DNA of 64,000 nt, taken from assembly GCF_006345805.1 (NCBI RefSeq), contig NC_043000.1, forward strand, positions 143,034,001-143,098,000, read 5' to 3'. The position numbers and the translations under genes were made by a program. The stretch's first letter is position 1; each line of letters opens with the position of its first letter. The notes under the pieces were generated by a model. The model was not told the origin of the DNA, did not search any database, and saw nothing but the letters and a program-made list of their open reading frames with translations. The stretch comes from Octopus sinensis (Eukaryota). Positions 53,650 to 64,000 of the stretch are shown here, piece by piece.

Positions 53650-53748
53650 TGTCATATTTCTGCTGCTTTTAAATAAAGCATATTACTCTACCTCTGGTGC
53701 TTGAGTACATTTTTTCCACATTGTTTCACATTTATGTGCTTACTTCGG

Positions 53749-53800
<52 letters not shown>

Positions 53801-54317
53801 TGTCATCATCTTCATCATCATCATCATCATCATTTAACATCCATTATCCATGCTGGCATAGGTTCGATGGTTTGACTGAAGACTTGCAAGCTTTAGAGCA
53901 TCACCAGGTTCCAATCTGAGTTGGCATGATTTCTACAGCTAGGTGCCCTTCTTAACACCAACCACTCTAAGAGTGTAGTGGATGCTTTTTACATGCCAAA
54001 GAGAGAAGCAGAGTCGGGGAGAAAAAGATGGTATGCTGGTACACAATAATATAGAATGTGGGTGATGGATAAAATAAATTAGAATGAATGGATAACAAGC
54101 AATTTAAAAGCTTGTGAAGAATCTTGCTGAGAGGCGTTCGGTTCAGAGTTTTTAGCCAATGAGTGTTTTCAAGCTAAAATTTATCTTCTAATGGACTTAA
54201 TCTTTTATGTTCTTGTAGAATATATGGGACTCAAGCCTATGTAATTCTAGGAGAATGAATTCTTATATTAATCCATCCAGCTCTCTCTCTCTCTTTGTAT
54301 ATGTGTGTGTGTGTATG

Positions 54318-54367
<50 letters not shown>

Positions 54368-54370
54368 GTA

Positions 54371-54437
<67 letters not shown>

Positions 54438-54611
54438 ATGTTTTTATGTGTGTGTGCTTTGAAAATGAACAAAAGAGAGATGAAATATATATTAGATATA
54501 TGTTGATAGATTTTATTTTTCTATTTATTCAAAACCGAATCTTCATTTCAAGGGTTTCATTTCTACTTGAATCTAATGGAAAACTCAGTTTCCTTCAGAT
54601 AAATGTATATT

Positions 54612-54760
54612 CTCCTCCTCCTCCTCCTCATCATCATCATCATCGTCGTTGTCGTCGTCGTCATCATCGTCATCATCATCATCATCATCATCATCGTAAT
54701 CATCATCATCGTAATTATCATCATCATCATCATCATCAACAACAACAACAGCAACGCAGC

Positions 54761-54794
<34 letters not shown>

Positions 54795-54870
54795 GCACCA
54801 GTAGCAGCAGCAGCATTATTGTCATCATTGCCATCGTTGTCATCTCCATCGGTGCCGTTGTCATCGTTGT
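54612..54870. repeat. Compound trinucleotide array (CCT)(CAT)(CGT)(CAA)(CAG)
   Basis: Direct reading. Confidence 0.85.
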
Positions 54871-55423
54871 CATAACAACCATTTTCCCACGCTTGCATGG
54901 TTTGTAAGGTGTATTCTCCAGCATGTCACCTCTCCATTAGTAGGTCCCCTCAACCAGAACTGATCTGGATCTAAACAAAAACGTTCATAAGTGTAAATCC
55001 CTTACTACCTAACCAGTTTGAACCTAGCATTTCTCTCTGTCAACCCTGCTATTTTCACCTGACATTTTATTCATTATTATATATTTCTGTTTTAATGCTG
55101 TTTGTATTATATTGTTCTCTCTAGCTGATAATAAACATTTATGGAAAAAACATCATCATCAACAACATTTTCCATACTAGTAAGGGTTGAACGGTTTGAG
55201 AGCAACTGGCAAGGCCAGGGGCCACACCAAGTTCTATAGTCTGTTTTGGCTTGGTTTCTACACCTAAATGCCCTTCCAACCACTTTACAGAGTATACTGG
55301 GTGCTTTTCACATGGCACCTGCATACACACCAATGCATTTTACATGGCACCCTGGTATATTCCAAATAACAATATTCATACTGGGATAAGTTTCACATTT
55401 TTAGAATACGCTACTTAAGGATT

Positions 55424-55862
55424 GTGGAGGCACATGGCCTAGTGGTTAGAGGAGCGGACTCACGGCTGAGGGATCGTGGGTTCAAATCTCAGACTGGGCG
55501 CTGTGTGTTCATGAGTGAAACATCTAAGCTCCATGCTTAAAATACACTACTTAAGGATTGAAGAGGCACATGGCCAAGTGGTTAGAGCAGCGGACTCATG
55601 GTCGAGGGATCGTGGGTTCAAATCTCAGACCGGGCAATGTGTGTGTTTATGAACAAAACTCCTATGCTCCATGTGGAACTGGCAGAAAGTAATGGCAAAC
55701 TTCTGCTGACTCTTTCACCACAACTTTCTTTCACTCTTTCCTCTTGCATCTTGCAGCTCACCTGCGATGGACCAGCGTCCTGTCCAGGTAGAGAACCTAT
55801 ATGCCAAGGAAACCGGGAAACCAGCTCTATGAGCCAGGCATAGCTCTAGAAGGAACAAACTT
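55424..55862 (+). mobile_element. SINE family 4 with a local 136-bp tandem duplication of its head and 5' flank
   Basis: AATACRCTACTTAAGGATTG+head occurs at 55405 and 55541. Confidence 0.8.
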
Positions 55863-58136
55863 AAGGATTAGTGCTATATTCGTTGGCAAAAAGACTGAAA
55901 TAGACTGGTCATCTCATCATCAAAAGGACCACTGGACCTATTTGAGGATTCTTTCAGAAAACATCCTTCAATGCAGTTTTACAATATGTGTTTTTTTTTA
56001 ACGAATATTGTGAATAATCCACTGAAGATTTAATATCAAATTGTAAAACTTTAAAATTTGATGCAATCAGCCAAAATAGTCTGTATCATTTTTGTTTCCA
56101 GTGACAGAAAATATCTTAAATTGATAATTTGCTTTAAAGAGATTAGTTTGTAAAATCAGAACACAAAGAGTGAAAGCAAAATACTAAATGATATCAGCAA
56201 GAAATATCACATGACAGAACGTTGGGTTGTAATATGGAAGTGATAGCGTTTATTGAAATAACAAACAGACTTTGAGCTAGAAAGACATCGTGTTTCAGTA
56301 GGAGTTGACAACTATCGCAAGATCAGATGAATGTGGAAATTTCTAAAACAAAATAAGTATGATTTTATTAAATTTACATGAGTAAATATTCATGATGTAA
56401 AAATGTGAACAACTTTTGAGAAATCGGTGTGGGTTTATATGCTTAATCATCCACATACAGCTATATATCTATTTTGAAGTAACCTGAAAATTATATATTA
56501 AATATGCTTATTTGAAAATATCACAAATTCATGAGAAAAAGTAATAATGATTAAATATAAAGCAAACACATATTTTTATTTCTTTATTTGTATTACCTGT
56601 TCCACATATTGGCAAATTTTAACGCATAAAGATTATAGATTTTTATTTTAACTAGTATGTAAGAAAATATTTGATTTATGAATGCTACCAATAGGTATTG
56701 TAAATGTTTGAAATTCCATAATTAGAATGTTTCTTTATTTTTCTCTTTCTTCCTATATATTTTTTCTCATTTATTGTTCCGACTTTTTCTATACATAAAA
56801 TAGTATTATAGATTTCTTTGTGCCAAAAATGCAATAATTTCAGCTGAATATTCTATTTTGGTTATTTAGTTCTTGTTAAAGTAGTGGTCATCTAAAACTA
56901 TAAAGTTGGTAATTTAGTATAGCTGAGAGGAAAAACAATATTCAGATTACTTCTCTCCCTCATTCTGGCTCCCAGCCAAAGCTAATGAACCCAGTCTCAG
57001 CAATTTACATATTTGCTGTGTCGGTATATTCCTGATGCTTATTTGATTGATATCCTAGAAAACTGTACAAAAGACTAAAGCAATCCTAAATCGACATAAA
57101 TATATAAGCTTCTGATTCAAAGCTCTGCAATTTTATTACTTGATTAAGGAGTTATGACAGCCAAGATGAAAGGGTTCTAGCCTATCAGCTATAGAGTAAT
57201 AAAGGTGTATTGTAATACTGTTGTACTGTTATAACCTGGAGAGGGCACTATGCCATTCCTTCTCTACAAACACATCAGTAGAGCAGGTAAGACCTAGACT
57301 GAAACTAACCCAAAATTGATGAGTAGTGGTTTACAATGCCAAGATAAATAGAAACCTTATATTAAATATTGAATGACTAAATGACTGAATTTATGGATGA
57401 ACCACTTAATAAATTTTCCAAACTTAGATGTAATTTATTCTTGTCAAGTATGATAGTATAGCAACACATACACACACTCACGCACATGCATGCACACACA
57501 CACATGCACACATATGCACACAGACACACCTAAAGTGAAAGTTAAGATTTTGTTAAGTCAGAGATTGAAGAAGAAAGGATTAATCATTATAAGTTAGTTA
57601 ACAATAATAGTTTCAAATTTTGGCATAAATTCGCAAGTTCAGGATAGGAATAAGTTGGTTACATCAACCCCAGTGCTCAACAGCTACTTATTCTATTGAC
57701 CAAGAAAGATGAATAGCAAAGACAACCTTAGCAGAATTTGAACTCAGAATGTAAGGATGGAGGAAATGCCACTAAGCATTTTGCCTGGTATGCTAACAAT
57801 TCTGCCAGCTCATCACCTTATGTTAGTTAGGAATATTGCTAACTAAGCTACATCCACATATTCTTATTTCTGGAATTTTGGTACTGAATTAAAAATTTTA
57901 GACAGCATACAAAGAGAGAATATGGAGTCGCTTATGAAAATTCATCCATACAAGACATTTATTCACTATTAGCCTTCCACTGATTCCAGTACACCACTTT
58001 TACACCCATAGTTTTCAGTCACCAGATTTCATACCATAATGGCTACCTCTGATGAGTGCAAGGTTACATAATTGGACTGTTAACTTACACTCCATTGAAC
58101 CCTTAATGCAAAATCAATTCGTAAGATCAGCTGTAA

Positions 58137-58632
58137 TCATCATCATCATCATCATCGTTTAGCATCCGTTTTCCATGCTAGCATGGGTTGGACGGGTCAA
58201 CTGGGGTCTGTGAAGCTGGAAGGCTTCGTCAGGCCCAGTCAGATCTGGCAGTGTTTCTACGGCTGGATGCCCTTCCTAACGCCAACCACTCCGTGAGTGT
58301 AATGGGTGCTTTTTACGTGCCACCCGCATAGGTGCCAGACGGAGCTGGCAAATGGCCACGGACGGATGGTGCTTTTACGTGTCACCGGCATGGGGCCAGG
58401 CGATGCTGGCAACGGACACGAACGGATGGTGCTTTTATGTGCCACTGACACGGGGCCAGACAGAGCTGGCAACCGGCCATGAACGGACGGTGCTTTTACG
58501 TGTCACCGGCACGGGGGCCAGCCGAGGCTGGCAACGGACGCGAACGGATGGTGCTTTTACGTGCCACCAACACGGTTGCCAGACAGAGCTGGCAAACGGC
58601 CACGAGCGGACGGTGCTTTTACGTGTCACCGG
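58137..58632 (-). mobile_element. Family 3 element with a ~61-bp higher-order tandem array (58306-58632)
   Basis: Five and a half units beginning GGTGCTTTTACGTGYCACC, alternating in two types. Confidence 0.85.
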
Positions 58633-58810
58633 GGATATATAATACTGTACATCTCAATTATATATTTATATCTTACGTTATATATATTTAGATCTTACAG
58701 GCATTAGTAATGAAGTAGACATCAACATCATTGTCATCATCATCATTTTATATCTGCACTACAATGTTGGCATGCATTAGTCCCCATTTTCCAAGTTTTC
58801 TCTTTGTGTG

Positions 58811-58970
58811 TGCGTGTGTGCACGTGTGCGTGTGTGCACGTGTGCGTGTGTGCACGTGTGCGTGTGTGCACGTGTGCGTGTGTGCACGTGTGCGTGTGTG
58901 CACGTGTGCGTGTGTGCACGTGTGCGTGTGTGCACGTGTGCGTGTGTGCACGTGTGCGTGTGTGCACGTG
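58811..58970. repeat. Ten perfect 16-bp units TGCGTGTGTGCACGTG
   Basis: Counted unit by unit; strict purine/pyrimidine alternation; one CACGTG per unit. Confidence 0.95.
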
Positions 58971-59149
58971 TGCATGCATGTGTTTGTATGTGTATACATA
59001 TATAATCCTAAACCTGAAAGAGATGCACATCTGTTAGTAGTCTGTGAAACTTAAGGTTGCACAGAACTAAATCAAACTGTTTTAAATGATACGTGTAAAT
59101 CCTACTAAATTTGTTGAGTGCCCTTTCTTTTGTTTGTCCACTCACTCAC

Positions 59150-59180
<31 letters not shown>

Positions 59181-59834
59181 ACACTATACTATACTATACT
59201 CTCAGGGTGGTTGGCATTGGGAAGAGCATCCAGCTGCAGAAACATTGCCAGATCAGATCAGAGCCTGTGCAGCCGCTGGCTCTCTGGACCTGTCAAACCA
59301 TCGAACCCATGACAGCATGGGTTTTATTCCTGATGAAGTTTTGTTTGTGTCATTATGCAGAATCTTACATTGTTTCTATTGTTTTTGGTTTTCCAGTATT
59401 TTAAATTTATTTCTGTGCTATTCCATTTCTTACTTTTTTTTTTCTTTGGCATTCAAATAGACTTCAACACAAGAGAGTAATACTAGCTTATACATTAAAT
59501 ATCTCCATTATAGACTGCAGCTTCTTCTCATTTCCACACTGAATAACTCTGAGATGTGATAGGAGAAATGCTCAGCAGAACACTTAAAAATCGAACATTT
59601 CCATAGTAAACAATTTTAATTTAATTAAGTTGATGTGTTAGGTCAAACCTTATCAGATATTCTCAGACTCTACTATCTTACGTACTTGAAAAATTCATTA
59701 GAAATAATAAGCAACAACTTCATGGTAGCTGCTGTTTTTCGTTGTTTAGCTGCATGTCAACCTTGATCAAGCAGGTGTTCCAAACATGACCAGCCCATCT
59801 TTTGAACAGTACATACAACTATATTATCTAATGT

Positions 59835-60132
59835 GTGGAGGCGCAATGGCCCAGTGGTTAGGGCAGCGGACTCGCGGTCGTAGGATCGCAGTTTCGATTC
59901 CCAGACCGGGCGTTGTGAGTGTTTATTGAGCGAAAACACCTAAAGCTCCACGAGGTTCCGGCAGGGGATGGTGGTGATCCCTGCTGTACTCTTTCACCAC
60001 AACTTTCTCTCACTCTTACTTCCTGTTTCTGTTGTACCTGTATTTCAAAGGGCCGGCCTTTTTCATGAGCAGGCTGTTCCGTTGATCGGATCAACAGGAA
60101 CCCTCGTCGTTGTAACCGACAGAGTGCTTCCA
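59835..60132 (+). mobile_element. SINE family 4, young CpG-rich copy, fourth tail variant
   Basis: GTGGAGGCGCAATGGCCCAGTGGTTAGGGCAGCGGACTCGCGGTCGTAGGATCGCAGTTTCGATTCCC. Confidence 0.85.
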
Positions 60133-60160
60133 TTATCTAATGTAACATTTTCTTTTTTAA

Positions 60161-60382
60161 CCCTTTCATTACTGTATTTATTTTGAGCTGTTCTGTGTTT
60201 CGTTCAATTGATTTTAAATATAACAAAGAATTTAGTAAAATAACTTAGTTATCATTAAGCCACTGTTAGGAACATAAATTGTGACTAAGGTTTGGTGGGA
60301 GACTTTAATTCAAAACTTGTAAAAACAAGACATTTGTACTGCAGAGCCAGAGCCAGTTTCAGCCAGGTTGGTATTGAAAGGG
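60161..60382. mobile_element. piggyBac-type MITE (TTAA TSD), second copy
   Basis: TTAA|CCCTTTCATTAC...GTATTGAAAGGG|TTAA; 222 bp; same internal sequence as 10080-10299. Confidence 0.85.
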
Positions 60383-60604
60383 TTAAGGCAGCCAGATTTG
60401 ACTGGAGAGAGAACTAGAACTAGTTGCTATTTCTACTTGATTAAGTGGCTATTCGTAGGTTTCTTAACTGTCTGCTGTGATACCTGTTTTGCTTTGTTTA
60501 CAAGAAAGTTCTGCAGAATTATTTTCTCTTGAATGCTGTGTTTTTCTTTATCTGTGACTTTTTATTAAGTATCATTCTTGTTCATTCACAGTTACAACTA
60601 TATC

Positions 60605-60835
60605 TATTTCTTTATTGCCCACAAGGGACTAAACATAGAGGGGACAAACAAGGACAGACAAAGGGATTAAGTCGATTACCTCGATCCCAGTGCGAAACTG
60701 GTACTTTATTTATCCACCCCAAAAGGATGAAAGGCAAAATCGACCTCGGCTGAATTTGAACTCAGAACGTAATGAGAGACAAAATACCACTAACCATTTC
60801 GCCCGGCGCGCTAACGTGTCTGCCAGCTCGCCGCC
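60605..60835 (-). mobile_element. Family 2 SINE monomer
   Basis: Reverse-complement match. Confidence 0.85.
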
Positions 60836-61819
60836 TGTTACCACTATATCAATACCCAGAAACCATTCTACAATCCATCCCATGAAATAAAGTGTAGCAG
60901 TGCAGCTGTATAAAGGTTAGAAAGGCTTAATCTATAGAGATAAAACTGTGTGACAATCCAGACACGTTTAATATAAAAAGAAAAGCAGATACTGTATTAG
61001 AACCTATGGATTATATCAGATAATCGCTATCAAGTGTGGAGTAAATGTAACACTTATTAGCTGAACGTCTTGCCACTTTTACTAGTCAAAAGGGAATTTG
61101 TTTCTCTGTTTGATCAACCAAGCCTGAAGGGTCAACTTGAAAGATTTGAAGTCTTCTTCATTTCAATGAGACCTTCAACACATATTCTCCTTGAAATCAA
61201 AGATAATAGGGAAAATTTGATGACTGTCAGATGTTTTAACTTGAATCAATAAGTTGTCCCTTATGCTGTTCATGTTGTTCAGCCTCTGGTCAACCCTGAC
61301 CAGCCTGAGATCCAAAATATTCTATGGAAATACTTTTGTTTCCTTTTTCGGATATCATGAGTTCTAATTAGGACTACTATATATAAATTGAAGGAGACTC
61401 GACTGCCATTTTTAGCAGATCATATTACTGCATAGGAACAACTTGCCCTAAAGGCAGGGAGAAGACATTTTGCTTAGATTCCTATAATCTACTTAAATTA
61501 AATTAGAAGAATCTTTTTGCTTTTAGCAGAATCCCATGCATATTTATTTATTGGCAAAATGGTTAAAGTAGCAGATAAAATATCTTGCGATATTTATTTG
61601 GGCCTTTATGTTTTCAGTGCAATCTCTTGAAGAGATTTGAACTTAGAACTTTGTCTTTTAACATTTTGGAGATGATAAAATAAAGTACCAGTCAAGTGGG
61701 ATTGATGGTGTTGACTAATCTCCTTCCTCTCAATTTCAGGCCTCGTGCCTATGTAAGAAACAAGAATAATAATAATAATAATATAATAATAATAATAATA
61801 ATAATAATGATAATAATAA

Positions 61820-61990
61820 TACACTACACTCATGGAGTGGTTGGCGTTAGGAAGGACATCCAGCTGTAGAAACATTGCCAGATAAGACCAGAGCCTGGTG
61901 CAGCCTTCTGGCTTCCCAGATCCTCGGTCGAACCGTCCAACCCATGCTAGCATGGAGAACGGACGTTAAATGATGATGATGATAATGATG

Positions 61991-62031
<41 letters not shown>

Positions 62032-62222
62032 CGCCCCGATGCAGTACCAGGTAATGGCACGTAAAAAGCACCCACTACACTGACGGAGTGGTTGGCATTA
62101 GGAAGGGCATCCAGCTGTAGAAACATTGCCAGATAAGACCGGAGCCTGGTGCAGCCTTCTGGCTTCCCAGATCCCGGTTGAACCGTCCAACCCATGCTAG
62201 CATGGAGAACGGACGTTAAACA

Positions 62223-62254
<32 letters not shown>

Positions 62255-62280
62255 AATAATAATAATAATAATAATAATAA
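61820..62280 (+). mobile_element. Two tandem family 3 copies with (GAT)n(AAT)n tails
   Basis: 61820-62030 and 62056-62280 share subfamily-diagnostic GATAAGACC.GAGCCTGG and CATGGAGAACGGAC. Confidence 0.85.
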
Positions 62281-62845
62281 ATGCCCTGATGCAGTACCAG
62301 GCAATGGCTCTCATGATTTCTGATCTTAACTGATTGGAAGTGTTATCATGTACATCATTTTGTCTTGGTATAAAAGATGGGCTACAGCAAATATTCTGCT
62401 CAATACCACAGATTTGCTTGTCAGTTGTTTGACCTTAAACAGTTGAGCATGTCCCTTAGTGACTGACGATATGTGCATCTCTGATCACGAGCAGAAGTAG
62501 TGGGGGAGCATCATAGCCATGTGTTGAGAGGGATTCTTTGGGGTTTGAATAATTCACCTCTGGAAACATGGGTGTTGTGTTCAACATCCTTAAACAACCC
62601 TTATTCAGGGACCTTTTTGAGCGGGATGGGCTACTTGACCAGAAGAAAATTCTAACTGGGCCCCACCTGCAAGGTCATGCGATGTTTATATTGATATGAG
62701 ATCACCATGTCGCGCACATATGGTTGTGATGCATGTGCCTAGTGTACCCTTATCAGACGGGTAATCATGATGGGTATACTGGGCTTTGTATATTTTACCC
62801 CAGAGTCACTTTGATGGCCTGCTCTGCTCTTTCACTCAATAATAA
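62281..62845 (+). mobile_element. About 560-bp interspersed repeat ending in (AAT)n, unclassified (LINE 3' UTR or SINE-like)
   Basis: GC-richer than its flanks and bounded by AAT runs; its first ~29 bp are duplicated at 62030. Classification is inference. Confidence 0.5.
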
Positions 62846-64000
62846 TAGTGTTAGTTTAGCAGTAGTATTAGTATTAATATTCATATTATTATTAAGAATG
62901 ATAAATGGCAGAATTTATAGGTTATTGAATGTCCCGTTATCTACTGAATTCAGGTATGGCAATTAACCTTGCCTTTTATCCTTTCATGTTCAATAAAACA
63001 AGTAACTTTAATAATGGAGTTGATTAAAGCAACAATTTTCTTCCTAAACTGTATGTAGCCTCAAACTTGTCATTATTTTAATATTGTACACACATACACT
63101 AAATACATGTACTCAGCTATACCCACAGTCATATTTATCACAATATATAGTATATTCATATATTTTAATGATGCTAAACATCTGCAATATTCTTTAAGTC
63201 TTCTCAATTAATTCTGCCTTCCCACTACGTGAATTGTCCTTGTTCTGAAAAATGAAATAACTATGGTTATATATATTTTGTTTGTTTGTTTTTTATTTAG
63301 CAATTTGATGTTATTAGTAACCTTTTCCTAGTATTTTATTCATTTTCTGCTAATTACATCGAATGAAATACTATTTTCTTTTCTGTTATATTTTACTGAT
63401 TTTTAAAAAATTCTTTCTTAGATTTTGTTTTCACATCTCTTGTGTACAGAATACAAATAATTTTTGCAGCTTCTCTACTTAAGATCAATAATGAAAGAAA
63501 TATAAATTTTAAAAAATGACGAAGTAAAACCCTATAGCACCAATAAATTTTAGAAATTTTTACATAATGAGTTTTTAAAGAAAATTCATGTTATTGTCAT
63601 TTGCAAATATTTCATAGAGTAGAAGCAGCTCTTGATGCAGGAAATGGCATAAGAATTTATCCTAATGAGCTAAACGAAGAGAAGGTAACTGTCTTTTATG
63701 GATTTAGTAGTCAGCTAATAGGGATGTAGGATGTGTCGATAAATTATTGTTGCTAGGCAAGAACTGATAAAGCAGAACGAATGTGAAGCAAACTAGAAAG
63801 AATCCATGAAATGCTGATTAGCGTCTCTAGATGTAGAATTTAATCTGCTGTGCAGATCTATCACCTTATCCTTGGGTCCCTTCCTTCAACGAGATCCATT
63901 CTGTTGTAATCATTAGTACTGGACTTCCAATCAAAGATGACTTAATACCTTAATATATTGCCTCCATCCATTGCAACACGTGGATCATAGTGTTCTTCCT

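Noticed and set aside
54305-54907. 200-aa His/Gln/Asn-rich ORF resembling a transcription-factor low-complexity region
   Set aside because: It consists entirely of compound microsatellite, is open on both strands and has no supporting splice structure.
58306-58632. Repeat-spacer look resembling a CRISPR array
   Set aside because: The inter-repeat segments are homologous to one another and alternate in two types, the array lies within a eukaryotic SINE-like element, and there are no cas genes.
59835-59915. tRNA-like sequences at SINE heads (also 17700, 26979, 31739)
   Set aside because: They lack a complete cloverleaf and acceptor stem and run straight into shared SINE bodies; they are not tRNA genes.
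63945-64000. EEHYDPRVAMDGGNILR followed by a gtatta donor as a possible upstream Ig exon
   Set aside because: It would need a further exon carrying the D.G.Y.C motif between here and 52060, and none was found; the match to Ig sequence is weak.

Overview
Very AT-rich, microsatellite-dense eukaryotic DNA whose interspersed repeat families strongly resemble those of Octopus (organism is an inference). The only well-supported gene is the 3' end of a minus-strand lachesin/amalgam/IgLON-like Ig cell-adhesion gene with three coding exons: 52060-51773 (complete I-set Ig domain), 15406-15257 (Pro/Gly/Asn-rich stalk) and 8966-8854 (GPI-anchor signal and stop). All junctions are GT-AG and phase 1, and they splice into one open frame; the introns are about 36.4 kb and 6.3 kb. 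The upstream exons were not found in the window. The rest is intronic or flanking DNA containing at least five SINE families, fragments of RTE-clade and R4/Dong-like (RLE) LINEs, a non-autonomous Helitron, two TTAA piggyBac-type MITEs, a 5S rRNA pseudogene split by a SINE, Penelope-type hammerhead ribozyme motifs and many simple repeats. Nearly all supplied ORFs are microsatellite or SINE translation artefacts. Repeat boundaries are approximate (about +/-10 nt); exon boundaries were counted exactly.
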